A DNA stretch of 62,451 nt, counting the filler. It is 6 parts of 6 records of this genome, joined end to end, with 100 filler letters (N's around TTAATTAATTAA, not from the genome) between each part and the next. Parts side by side here need not be neighbours in the genome. Positions count along the whole stretch, not along the records: positions 23,267 to 34,076 come from DRR723986_6307; positions 34,177 to 44,885 come from DRR723986_6308; 4 more parts are not named here. The stretch is one strand, 5' to 3'. Positions 30,858-40,472 of this stretch are shown here, one piece after another (the first letter of the stretch is position 1; every line of letters starts with the position of its first letter). The translations under genes were made by a program, and so were the position numbers. The notes under the pieces are model-generated. The model ran no database searches, was not told where the DNA came from, and saw nothing but the letters and a program-made list of their open reading frames with translations.

Positions 30858-32369
30858 CTAGCGCAGCCTTTGGCCATTTGCCAGCACATGGCCTTGGGCG
30901 TTAATTTCCAGCTGCGATGTCAGCTGCCCCTCGGCCGTGCCTGGCACGGTGAAGATACCCAGCATCATCAGCGCGCCCATGGCCTGTTCTTGTGGCACAA
31001 GGCCGATTTCCACCAAGGTTTCCAGCAAGGTTTGCGCCCCGGTGATGGTGACATTCAGCATGCCTTCGGGGCGGGGCATGCCGTGGAAGGTTTGCAGATC
31101 GTCGCCATCAAAGGAAAAGCCGCCTTGGGCATTCAGCGTGGCGCCTGCGGCGCTTAGCGTCAGGGCGCGCAGATCCAGGGTTTGGGGCAAAAACGGGCTG
31201 TCTTGTGCCAGCATGGCCTCGGGATCCCAGGGGTTGCGATCAACACGCGCGGTGCCATCAAGCTGCACAGATACTGTGGCAGGGTCGCGCGGCAGTTTCT
31301 TCAGCGGGTCCAGCATGGCCCATAACACCTCGGAGACGCGCAGCCCTTGCAGCGTGATGCCCAAGGAATAGGGCTGCGGGCGCAAAGAAACCGCAGTGGG
31401 GATGGTTATTTCAAACCCGGTTTTTTCTGACCACATCTCGATCGGCAGTGGCAAATCGGTGCCGGTCAGCACGGTATATTGCTGGGTTGTGCTGCCAGAA
31501 TAGGCCAATTGCCTGTTGGACAGTGCGCCGCTGAATTGGCCCATGGCCGATCTGCCCTCGGCGGTGGCGCGTGCGCCGTCTTCGACAAAGCTCCAGCTGC
31601 TTTGCCCGGCGCCATAGCGCAGCTGGGTTTCAATCGCCAGGCCCGCCTGTAGCATGCCGGCAAAATCGGTGCGATCGGCCGATTGCGGCATGGCGGTCAG
31701 GCTTTGCTGCGACACATCTTGCAGCGTGCCGCGGATATCGACGCTGTTGTCAGGGCCCTGGGGCGCCGATAGCGCAATGGCATAGTCAAGCTGGGCAATC
31801 TGCAGCTGCTGCTGCGATTGGGTCAGGCGGCCCCCCTCGGCTGTGCCGCGCCCGGTGATATCGCGCAAGGTTAGGCCGGTATCGGCGGTTTGCATCACCC
31901 TGCCATCGATTGCCAGGCTGTCCAGCGTCATCTGCAGCGTTGCTGCGCTATAGCTATAGGTCATTTTTTCGGGCGTGCCGCTGACGGTAAGTGAAAACAG
32001 GGTTTGCCGGTTCACGATTGTGCCGCGCAGTTGCGCGCCATCGGCGCCGGCCATGGCAAAGCGCACGGGAATTTCCGCGGGAAACACCACCGATACGCTG
32101 CCATCCGCCTGGGCCTGAAACTGCACATCACCCAGTTGGGCGGCAACGGTGCCGGCGCCATCGGGCAGGGCGATTGTTAATGTCAGGTCTTGCAAATAAA
32201 GCGCGCGATCGGCCTCTTGCTCGGCCCCGGTGATGGTATAGCCCAAGCCGGTGAAATAGGCTTTCCAATTGTCCCACACCTGGCGCGGGGCCAAATCGGC
32301 CATGGTGGCTTGTGTGCTGGCCAAGGCCATAAAGGCGGCCGAGATGGCAATTTTTGCGATCAGTTTCAT
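30858..32369 (-). CDS. Exported DUF2125-like protein
   Basis: Signal peptide, 'W...DP...LPRDPAT', C-terminal 'GHVLANGQRLR'. Confidence 0.7.
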   Translation of the reverse strand: MKLIAKIAISAAFMALASTQATMADLAPRQVWDNWKAYFTGLGYTITGAEQEADRALYLQDLTLTIALPDGAGTVAAQLGDVQFQAQADGSVSVVFPAEIPVRFAMAGADGAQLRGTIVNRQTLFSLTVSGTPEKMTYSYSAATLQMTLDSLAIDGRVMQTADTGLTLRDITGRGTAEGGRLTQSQQQLQIAQLDYAIALSAPQGPDNSVDIRGTLQDVSQQSLTAMPQSADRTDFAGMLQAGLAIETQLRYGAGQSSWSFVEDGARATAEGRSAMGQFSGALSNRQLAYSGSTTQQYTVLTGTDLPLPIEMWSEKTGFEITIPTAVSLRPQPYSLGITLQGLRVSEVLWAMLDPLKKLPRDPATVSVQLDGTARVDRNPWDPEAMLAQDSPFLPQTLDLRALTLSAAGATLNAQGGFSFDGDDLQTFHGMPRPEGMLNVTITGAQTLLETLVEIGLVPQEQAMGALMMLGIFTVPGTAEGQLTSQLEINAQGHVLANGQRLR

Positions 32370-32493
32370 GATGGGCCCTTTTATCACGCTGCCCCTAATG
32401 TCGGGTGCGCAACCGCTATGGTCAAGGCGCTAGTGGCTGGACCCAGGCGCATGGGCGGTTTACCAAAGGCAAAACGCCAACAAAGGAAACCCC

Positions 32494-33249
32494 ATGACAG
32501 ATCTGGCCGGAAAAACCGTTTTGATCACTGGCGCAAGCCGCGGCATTGGCGAGGCCACAGCGCGGCTGTTTGCCCAGCAGGGTGCCAACCTGGTGTTGGC
32601 CGCGCGCAGCCTGGACGCGGTGCAAGCCATTGCCGATGATATCGGCCCACAAGCGCGCGCCATTGCCTGCGATGTGGCCGATTTTGCGCAGGTGCAGGCG
32701 GCTGTCGATCTGGCCTGCACCACCTTTGGCGGGTTGGATGTGCTTATTGGCAATGCCGGCGTGATCGAGCCTATTTCGCTACTGGCACAGGCCGATCCGG
32801 CCGGTTGGGGCGGTGCGATTGATATCAATTTAAAGGGCGTATTTTATGGCATGCGCGCGGCCCTGCCGGTGATGATTGCGGCAGGCCAGGGCACGATCAT
32901 CACCATCAGCTCGGGTGCGGCCCATAACCCGCTGGAAGGCTGGAGCCACTATTGCGCCTCAAAGGCGGGTGCTGCAATGCTGACGCGTAATGCGCATTTG
33001 GAAGCGGCCCAGCATGGCCTGCGCATCATGGGCCTGTCGCCCGGCACGGTGGCCACCCAAATGCAGCGTGAAATCAAGGCCAGCGGGGTGAACCCCATCA
33101 GCCAATTGGAATGGCACGATCATATCCCGCCAGAATGGCCCGCGCGCTGCCTGCTGTGGATGTGCCAGCCCGCATCAGATGCCTATTTGGGCCAGGAAAT
33201 CTCGCTGCGCGATCAAGGCATTCGTAAAACGCTGGGGTTGGTGGCATGA
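32494..33249 (+). CDS. SDR family oxidoreductase
   Basis: 'TGASRGIG', 'NAG', 'YCASK'. Confidence 0.92.
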   Translation: MTDLAGKTVLITGASRGIGEATARLFAQQGANLVLAARSLDAVQAIADDIGPQARAIACDVADFAQVQAAVDLACTTFGGLDVLIGNAGVIEPISLLAQADPAGWGGAIDINLKGVFYGMRAALPVMIAAGQGTIITISSGAAHNPLEGWSHYCASKAGAAMLTRNAHLEAAQHGLRIMGLSPGTVATQMQREIKASGVNPISQLEWHDHIPPEWPARCLLWMCQPASDAYLGQEISLRDQGIRKTLGLVA

Positions 33250-33860
33250 TCGATCTGCAAAAAGAAGACAACGGGCTGTGGCTGGTGACGCTGAACCGCC
33301 CCGAAAAGGCCAATTCCCTAACCCCCGAGATGCTGGCCCAATTGTGCGACATTGCCGAAGCGGCGCATGCGGCGCGTGCCCTGGTGCTGACCGGCGCGGG
33401 CAAGGTGTTTTCTGCCGGCGCCGATCTAGATGCCGCCCGGGCAGGCCTGGCCACATCGCCCCTGTGGGAGCGTCTGTCATCTGCGATTGCAGCCCTGCCC
33501 TGCCTGACGCTGGCGGCGCTGAACGGCACGTTGGCGGGTGGTGCCAACGGCATGGCGCTGGCCTGCGATATGCGCATCGCGGTGCCGGGGGCCAAGTTTT
33601 TCTATCCGGTGATGAAACTGGGCTATCTGCCCCAGCCCTCTGACCCGGGGCGCATGGCGGCGCTGATTGGCCCGGCCCGCACCAAGCTGATCTTGATGGG
33701 CGGGCAAAAAATCAGTGCAGACGAGGCGCTGGCCTATGGCCTGATCGAGCGTATCGTGCCCCCCGAAGACCTGCTGCAAACCGCCCGCGATATTGCGGCC
33801 GATACGCTGGCTGCCAACCCCGATACCGCCCGCGCGATCAAGGCGATGTGCGGCGATTAA
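33246..33860 (+). CDS. Enoyl-CoA hydratase/isomerase (crotonase) family protein, short
   Basis: 'LNRPEKANSL', 'FSAGADL', 'AALNG..AGG...ALACD'. Confidence 0.85.
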   Translation: MIDLQKEDNGLWLVTLNRPEKANSLTPEMLAQLCDIAEAAHAARALVLTGAGKVFSAGADLDAARAGLATSPLWERLSSAIAALPCLTLAALNGTLAGGANGMALACDMRIAVPGAKFFYPVMKLGYLPQPSDPGRMAALIGPARTKLILMGGQKISADEALAYGLIERIVPPEDLLQTARDIAADTLAANPDTARAIKAMCGD

Positions 33861-34075
33861 CGCAGGCGTCGTGGCCCGGCGGTGCGGCTGTGAAAATCGT
33901 TTGGCTTTTTCGACACCCATGCCACAAACCGCGCCAGCCTTGGGTGGGCGCGCAGCGCCTCGGGGGTGGCATAATTGCGGGCCAATTCTGCCTCGGTCAG
34001 GGTGGCATGAATTTCATTGTGGCAAATTTGATGCAGCAACACTGTTGGCCCGCCTTTGCCGCCCTTCAGCTTGGG
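33857..34075 (-). CDS. Small HNH-family protein, 5'-truncated
   Basis: 'PKLKGGKGGPTVLLHQICHNEIH..TEAELA' matches small standalone HNH proteins. Confidence 0.7.
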   Translation of the reverse strand, partial: PKLKGGKGGPTVLLHQICHNEIHATLTEAELARNYATPEALRAHPRLARFVAWVSKKPNDFHSRTAGPRRLR

Positions 34076-34076
34076 G

Positions 34077-34176
34077 NNNNNNNNNNNNNNNNNNNNNNNN
34101 NNNNNNNNNNNNNNNNNNNNTTAATTAATTAANNNNNNNNNNNNNNNNNNNNNNNNNNNNNNNNNNNNNNNNNNNN
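34077..34176. other. Artificial contig spacer
   Basis: N44-TTAATTAATTAA-N44. Confidence 0.99.
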
Positions 34177-35256
34177 AACGCCGCCGCCTTGGCTGAACCC
34201 GGCCATGACACCACAGGCGGACCAATAGTTGCGCACGCCCGGAACCGGGCCAACAAGCGGGTTGCCATCCGGGGCAAAGGTGAAGGGGCCGTGGATCACG
34301 GATTTCACACCTGCGTTGGCCAAGACTGGGAACCGTTCGTATGCAAATTCAATACTGTCGGTGATTTTGTCAAAGTCATCGGGCAACAATTCGTGCCCGA
34401 AGTTCCATGGGGTTCCATCCACCGCCCAAGGTTTGCAAGGTTGTTCATAGAACCCGATGCACAGGCCGCGCCCCTCTTGACGCAGATAGCTTTCGCCGGC
34501 GGGGTCCATGACGTGAGGGTGTTCGCCGCCGCCATCAATGATCGCTTCGATTTCGGGGATATTATCTGTGACCAGATATTGGTGTTCCATCGGGTGAAGG
34601 GGGAAGTAGATCCCGGCCATTGCGCCAACTTCGCGGGCCCACAAGCCACCCGCGTTGACGATATGTTCAGCGTGAATCGTGCCCTTGTTGGTGACAACAT
34701 CCCATGTCCCATCCGGGCGCTGGTTGGTTTCTTGAACCATGCAGTGGGTTTCGATGGTCGCGCCGCCCATACGCGCGGCTTTGGCGTAGGCGTGTGTGGT
34801 GCCTGAGGGGTCCAAATGCCCATCTAAGGGGTCATAAAGCCCGCCGATAATGCCATCGATATTGGTGACGGGCGCGATCTTTTTGATTTCTTCGGGGCCG
34901 ACGATTTCCGTCTCAAGACCCATGAACCGGTGCTTGGCGCGTTCCGCCAGCAACATGTCGAACCGATCCTGATTGTCGGCAAGCGTTACACCGCCCACAT
35001 GGTGCAGGCCACAGGACATGCCGGTGATTTCTTCGAGTTCTTTGTAAAGGCGGATGGTATACCCCTGAAGGGCCGCCATATTGGTGTCGCCGTTGAGGGT
35101 ATGAAATCCGCCTGCTGCATGCCAAGTCGAGCCTGATGTCAGCTCTGAACGCTCAAGAAGCATCACGTCAGACCAGCCAAGTTTGGTCAGGTGATACAAT
35201 ACCGAAGCGCCGACAACACCGCCGCCAATGACGGCCACACGCGTGGTGGTTTTCAT
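34177..35256 (-). CDS. Dimethylglycine/sarcosine dehydrogenase-like FAD oxidoreductase (GcvT family), 3'-truncated
   Basis: 'IGGGVVG', 'LTSGSTWHAAG', 'GPFTFAPDGNPLVGP', 'GFSQGGGV'. RBS AAGGAGGG before ATG 35256. Confidence 0.9.
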
Positions 35257-35365
35257 GAATTCCCTCCTTGTTTTCCCGTACCGTTCCCTGAAAAAGGGAG
35301 GGCCGCACATCCGTTTCCGACAAAACATGTCGCTGGAGGGCTCTGAAGCGGCGTGATTGCTTTGT

Positions 35366-35450
35366 GTAAGGGGAAGCCCCCGGATCACTTGAAAAGCGGT
35401 GACCGGGAGCCCATTTCCCACCACACTTGATAGACGTGGGGAAAACTGCG
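35366..35450 (-). ncRNA. Candidate small RNA or leader (two hairpins, second terminator-like)
   Basis: Minus strand TTTCCCCACG...TGTGGTGGGAAA, then a 12-bp stem GCTCCCGGTCAC/GTGATCCGGGGGC followed by TTCCCCTT. Confidence 0.35.
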
Positions 35451-35581
35451 GCCAGTGTCCCATTGAATCGTTAAACAGAAAAACACACTTACGACCCTGA
35501 CCGACCCAGAGAGGCCGCGCGTTTTTTGCTTAGGAAAACCATCGGCTCTGAAGGTGTAATAGGATCACCTTGAGAGTTGTT

Positions 35582-36409
35582 ATGAAGAAAGAAGATAGTC
35601 GCGAATATCGCGTTATGCTCACGAATGGAAAGGTTGTGTATTTCACGTTACGTGAAATTCAAACCTTTATACGCAGCCTAAATGTTCTGTTTTTGCTGGC
35701 TATACTGCTGTGTGTGATGATCTGGGGCGAGGCCCAGACTATGAATGATGCCGCAGGGTTTGCGGTGCTGGTGTTGTATTGGATCGGGTGTATTGCGCTG
35801 TATGTGCTGCTGCTGCCGCTTTGGATTGCGGTGCCTTGTGACCTGTGGGCGAGATTCACTTCAAGGCCTTTGCCGTTGATTTTCGCAACAGGGCCATTGG
35901 TTTTTGCCCTAACGATCTTTGCGTCTTGGTTTCCGGCGGTCCCCGGCAGCCTTGTCACGGTTCAGGGGGATGGTCTTTTGGGACGTACCATTCTTAAGAA
36001 CATGATCGCGGCGCATCTGTGTGAAATGACCGCGTTCTTATGGCTGTATCCACAGTTTCAACTGGCCCGACACCGCCTGCGAACAAGCGCTGCGGTACGG
36101 TTTGTTCGGTTGAATGGGCGCAGCCTGCCCGTGGACAGTTTGAAATTGGTGCGCAACGAAGAGCATTATCTGATCATCAACACCACAATGGGGGCGGTAC
36201 GGTTGCGCGCGCGCATGAAAGATCTGCTGGCGCAGGTCGCGCTGTCAGATGGTATACAGACGCATCGGTCTTTTTGGGTTGCCACGTCAGAGGTGATAGA
36301 GCTGCGCGGTCACGAATTGCTCACGCATTCTGGGGCCAGAATTCCAGTGTCCCGCTACCGCCTAAAGGCGGTGCAGGCGTGGCTTTCTGTTCTTGGCAAG
36401 CCGCATTAG
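35582..36409 (+). CDS. Membrane protein with C-terminal LytTR DNA-binding domain
   Basis: About four hydrophobic segments, then 'EEHY', 'QTHRSFWVA', 'IPVSR'. Confidence 0.82.
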   Translation: MKKEDSREYRVMLTNGKVVYFTLREIQTFIRSLNVLFLLAILLCVMIWGEAQTMNDAAGFAVLVLYWIGCIALYVLLLPLWIAVPCDLWARFTSRPLPLIFATGPLVFALTIFASWFPAVPGSLVTVQGDGLLGRTILKNMIAAHLCEMTAFLWLYPQFQLARHRLRTSAAVRFVRLNGRSLPVDSLKLVRNEEHYLIINTTMGAVRLRARMKDLLAQVALSDGIQTHRSFWVATSEVIELRGHELLTHSGARIPVSRYRLKAVQAWLSVLGKPH

Positions 36410-37713
36410 AGGGGGCGGATACGCAGGCCGGTGACGCGGTTTCCTTCGCGGGTGGTGACCTCGAAGCGGAAGCCGTGAAAGGCAAAGACCTGACCCACGG
36501 TGGGGATCATCTGCGCCTCGTGGATCACCAATCCGGCCACGGTGTTGGCTTCGTCATCGGGCAGCGACCAATCGGTTGCCCGGTTGAGGTCACGAATTGT
36601 CATGGCGCCGTCGACTAGAAACTGACCATCCTCGGTTTTCTTGACCTGAATCTCGGCGGCGGGATCGAATTCGTCGGTGATTTCGCCGACGATCTCTTCG
36701 AGGATATCCTCGAGCGTGATCAGGCCTTGCAGTGATCCATATTCGTCCACGACCAGAGCAAAGTGGCTGCGCATGCGCAGGAATTCACGCATTTGGTCGT
36801 CGAGCGTCGTGGTTTCGGGCACGAAATATGGCGGGTTGGAGACCTTTGAAATGTCAAAGGCTTTCAACCTGCCGGTATCGCCTTCGGCGCCGCCGACCTG
36901 CGTATACATTGAGCGAAACAGATCCTTGGCATGCACAACGCCGATGATGTTTTCGGGTTCATCGCGGAACACAGGCAAACGCGTGTGCGGGCTTTGCAGA
37001 CACTGTTGCAGGATGGTTTCGGGGTCAGCATTTGCATCGATCATTTGGATGTTTGAGCGGTGCAGCATGATCTCTTCGATGGCGCGGTCGCTCAGGTCAA
37101 GCGCGCCCAGAATACGGTCGCGGTCTTCTTTTTCTACGATGCCTTCGGAGTGGCCCAAATGCAGGGCGCCGGCGATCTCTTCGCGCACGGCGAGCATGTG
37201 GCTGTCGGCGTCAATCTTGACGCCAAACAGGCTGAGCACCCCACGCACCAAAAGGCGGACGGCGGCAACGATGGGGGAAAACAGAGTGACGATCACACCG
37301 ATGATTGGCGCCACGGCTGCGGCGGCTTTTTCGGCGTGGATGATGGCATAGGTTTTGGGCAGCACTTCGGCAAAGACCAGCACGAGCAGGGTCATCACAA
37401 GCGTTGCCAAGGCGATGCCGCTTTCGCCAAACAGGCGCGTGAACAGAGCCGTCGCGAGGGAGGCGGACAGGATGTTGACCAGATTGTTGCCCAGCAGGAC
37501 GGACCCGATCAGACGCTCGTTGTCTTCGGTAATGTCCAGCGCCTTTTGGGCGCCACGCGAGCCTTTGTCGGCCTGCGTGCGCAGCTTACCGCGCGAGGCC
37601 GCGGTCAGCGCGGTTTCAGAGCCAGAGAAAAATCCAGACAAAACAAGCAGCAACAGGATTGAGCCTGTTGTGATCCAGAATGTGCTGTCGATCATAGAGG
37701 TGGTGGGGTCCAT
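36406..37713 (-). CDS. HlyC/CorC family transporter (CNNM/DUF21-CBS-CorC)
   Basis: 'FFSGSETA', 'EVLPK', 'VVDEYG..GLITLEDILEEIVGEI.DE'. Confidence 0.93.
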   Translation of the reverse strand: MDPTTSMIDSTFWITTGSILLLLVLSGFFSGSETALTAASRGKLRTQADKGSRGAQKALDITEDNERLIGSVLLGNNLVNILSASLATALFTRLFGESGIALATLVMTLLVLVFAEVLPKTYAIIHAEKAAAAVAPIIGVIVTLFSPIVAAVRLLVRGVLSLFGVKIDADSHMLAVREEIAGALHLGHSEGIVEKEDRDRILGALDLSDRAIEEIMLHRSNIQMIDANADPETILQQCLQSPHTRLPVFRDEPENIIGVVHAKDLFRSMYTQVGGAEGDTGRLKAFDISKVSNPPYFVPETTTLDDQMREFLRMRSHFALVVDEYGSLQGLITLEDILEEIVGEITDEFDPAAEIQVKKTEDGQFLVDGAMTIRDLNRATDWSLPDDEANTVAGLVIHEAQMIPTVGQVFAFHGFRFEVTTREGNRVTGLRIRPL

Positions 37714-37775
37714 TGGGCCGATCTGTCCTTTATACTGTCTCTGTTATGAGCATGGCAGGACTGTGGTTCAAGGGT

Positions 37776-38732
37776 TTAGCCGTTGTCTTTGGGGGGATCT
37801 TTTGCCAGCGGATGGTGTTCCAGAACCAATTCCGCCAGGCGTTCCTCTAAAACATGGGTGTAGATTTCGGTTGTTGCCACGTCGACATGACCCAACAGAG
37901 TTTGAATGGATCGCAGATCAGCACCGTTCGCGAGCAGGTGCGTGGCAAAGGCATGGCGCAAGGTGTGTGGTGTAACTTTGTTTGGGGACACCCCGCCGGA
38001 GACTGCGAATTCTTTGATCAAGAGATAGAACCGATGCCGGGTGAGGAAACCGGATTTCCCGCGTGATGGAAACAGGTATTTCGAATTGGGCAGGCCTTTG
38101 GCAGTGGCTTCTTCCTGCATCAGATCGCGTTCAATTACCCAAGCTTCGAGGGCGGCGCGGGCAGGTGGGGACAGCGGCACCATGCGTTCCTTGCCGCCTT
38201 TGCCCAGCACCAGCAACATGCGCGGATCGCCACGGGCCGAGGACACCGGCAGAGAGACCAGCTCGCTGACCCGCATGCCGGTGGCATAGAGCAGCTCCAT
38301 CATGCAGGTGTTGCGCAGCCGGTCCCGAATATTGCGCCCGGATTGCCGTGCGGCATCCAAAAGCCGGTCCACCTCGAGCACATCTAGGGTTTGGGGGAGC
38401 TTCTTTTCGCGGCCGGGCCCCTTGATCTGAATGGCGGGATTGTCCTCGCGCCAGCTTTCCTCGAACGCAAAGCGATAGATTTGTTTGATGGCGGATAGCC
38501 TGCGCGCACGGGTGGATTTGGCCAATCCCTGTGCATCACAGCTGATCAGGTAGGATTCAACGTGGTCTTGGGTGGCGGTGTCAAAGGTTTGGCTGTTGTG
38601 AACAAGCCAGCCGGAAAAATCCTGTAGATCGCGGCCATAGGCCAACAGAGTGTTGGTGGCAGCGCCCAGTTCAGCGGCCTGCGCTTCGAGAAAGGATGAG
38701 ATCCACAGATCATGTGTGGCGGGACCGGGCAT
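37776..38732 (-). CDS. xerD: Site-specific tyrosine recombinase XerD
   Basis: 'LYATGMRVSEL', 'GKGGKER', 'HTLRHAFATHLL', 'LGH', 'TEIYTHV'. Start MPG at 38732. Confidence 0.92.
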   Translation of the reverse strand: MPGPATHDLWISSFLEAQAAELGAATNTLLAYGRDLQDFSGWLVHNSQTFDTATQDHVESYLISCDAQGLAKSTRARRLSAIKQIYRFAFEESWREDNPAIQIKGPGREKKLPQTLDVLEVDRLLDAARQSGRNIRDRLRNTCMMELLYATGMRVSELVSLPVSSARGDPRMLLVLGKGGKERMVPLSPPARAALEAWVIERDLMQEEATAKGLPNSKYLFPSRGKSGFLTRHRFYLLIKEFAVSGGVSPNKVTPHTLRHAFATHLLANGADLRSIQTLLGHVDVATTEIYTHVLEERLAELVLEHHPLAKDPPKDNG

Positions 38733-38736
38733 CAGG

Positions 38737-40254
38737 TCAACTCCGTTCCAAAAGCAACAGTTGCAGGGCGGCGCGGCGTGACATGTCCTCGAGTCCGACG
38801 TGGCGAAACGTGGCAAGGGCGGAGGTCAGGTCGCTATGATTGCCCTTTGCCCCGTTTGCAAACAGAGCCATGGTTTCAAGAATAGCCTCACCAAGGCGGC
38901 CATCTTGGATCATCTCGGTTAGTTCCTGTGGGATGGGCGTTTTTGGATCAAACCCATCTGCGATGGCACGGGCGAGCGGCGAAGAGGGGCGCGCGGTGTT
39001 TGGTTCACCCATGGCGAGGGCGGCGAGAAATGCGGTTTCACGTGTATTCACGGGTGGTGTGCGCGCAGTGTCTTCGTAAGCGGGCGAGAGCAGGCGGATT
39101 TTCCAAACCAGTTGGGCAATGTCGGGATCGCTGAACGAATGGGGCACGAGCTGGTCTGCGAAAAGGTCTGCAAACGGCACCTCGAGGCTCACTGCCTTCA
39201 TCGCCTCCCACACTGGGGAGAGCGTTTTGGATATAGCGGCTTCGCTGCCTGTTTGCAGCGCGGTTTCAAACTGTTGCACGGCGCGCACGCGGTCCCAAAC
39301 ACCGCCCGAGGCGGCGGCGCGGCGTTCAGTGTAAAGGCCCAGCAGGTGGTTGGGGGTCAGGGCCCCGACACGGGTCAGACGCTCGGCGGCTTCGAGTTGT
39401 GCCTTCCATCCGGCGATATCGCGCAGATCTGCCGTAGCAAAGGCGCGCGGCAGCGAGGCCGTAGGCAGGCGTTCGCCAATGGTTTCGAACAATCGAAACG
39501 TAAGTGGGTCGGGGCGCGAGGCCTGTGGCAGCGGAGGGGCGCCATCATAAATGTCTGGGCTGAGAAAGCGGTCAAGCAAGGCAAGTTCGTCCGCTGGCAA
39601 CAGATCCAGGGCGTGGGCGGCCTCGAGGGTTAAGAGCGCCGATTGCCAGTCCCCACGACGGGCTTTGCAGAAAATCTGGGCCGCGTAATCTTGTGTGAGG
39701 TGGGGCGCGGCGGTGAGTGCTGCGCAGGCGCGGTCTTCGTCACCGGTTAACAGGGTCGCGTCAAACCATCGCTGAAACCGGTCCTGCGTATCGGTGGGGC
39801 CAGCCAATTGCAGCAAGGCCTGCGCCGGATCTGTGGCCCCGAGCGCCATCAGCCGATCAAGCCGGGCGAGCAACAGTTGATCCCCAGATCCCACAGGGGC
39901 ACGTGTTTCAGACAACAGCAGCGTATACAAAAGGGTCTGCATGGCCGGGTTTTTCCGAACGGAAACCGTCGATATCAGCGACTCGAGCCGTGCGGGGGCG
40001 CTGCCGCGCCACAGATCCACCGGCAGACCAGTCACTGAAGACGAAACAAGCCCCAAAATCGGGGGCAAAGCTTCGAGGGGGCTTACGTCGATCTCTGGGC
40101 CAAGTCCCGTCTGTGTCACTGGCGGCTCTAACAGAACGGTGCCCGGCAACCTGTCGGGGCTGGGGTTTTCCAGCCAGTCGATGTCAGACAGGGGACTTTG
40201 GGCCCATGCCGTAACAGGGAGGGAAAGTGCAAAGATCAGGTATCTAATCGGCAT
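38737..40254 (-). CDS. Conserved exported hypothetical protein
   Basis: 505-aa ORF with signal peptide, 'GL..DLW.GS', 'ASGGVWDRV'. Operon-like with xerD. Confidence 0.75.
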   Translation of the reverse strand: MPIRYLIFALSLPVTAWAQSPLSDIDWLENPSPDRLPGTVLLEPPVTQTGLGPEIDVSPLEALPPILGLVSSSVTGLPVDLWRGSAPARLESLISTVSVRKNPAMQTLLYTLLLSETRAPVGSGDQLLLARLDRLMALGATDPAQALLQLAGPTDTQDRFQRWFDATLLTGDEDRACAALTAAPHLTQDYAAQIFCKARRGDWQSALLTLEAAHALDLLPADELALLDRFLSPDIYDGAPPLPQASRPDPLTFRLFETIGERLPTASLPRAFATADLRDIAGWKAQLEAAERLTRVGALTPNHLLGLYTERRAAASGGVWDRVRAVQQFETALQTGSEAAISKTLSPVWEAMKAVSLEVPFADLFADQLVPHSFSDPDIAQLVWKIRLLSPAYEDTARTPPVNTRETAFLAALAMGEPNTARPSSPLARAIADGFDPKTPIPQELTEMIQDGRLGEAILETMALFANGAKGNHSDLTSALATFRHVGLEDMSRRAALQLLLLERS

Positions 40255-40396
40255 TCAGGGTCACCGGAAGGCGCACCTCGCTCTGTTGGGCAGAGAAATC
40301 CACCCCGAAGAACGGGCCGACATAGGCATATAGAACAAGCCCAATCACGCAAAGACAGACAAGGTACACTAGAAATTTGATCAGACGGCTCATCAT
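40244..40396 (-). CDS. Small membrane protein (50 aa) missing from ORF track
   Basis: MMSRLIKFLVYLVCLCVIGLVLYAYVGPFFGVDFSAQQSEVRLPVTLNAD*. One TM helix, GAGG upstream, overlaps the next start. Confidence 0.7.
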   Translation of the reverse strand: MMSRLIKFLVYLVCLCVIGLVLYAYVGPFFGVDFSAQQSEVRLPVTLNAD

Positions 40397-40472
40397 GGTG
40401 CGGTGCCTCAATTTGTTCTTTTGACCAAGTTATAACTGGCCTTTTTCCTAAGATCACGTCATTCACGGAGGA

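Noticed and set aside
33857-34075. HNH protein as a defence or homing nuclease
   Set aside because: Truncated small standalone HNH in a housekeeping context, with no supporting partner genes visible.
37776-38732. Tyrosine recombinase as a sign of a prophage or integrative element
   Set aside because: Sequence and context (aroK/aroB, corC) fit housekeeping XerD, with no att sites or mobile cargo.
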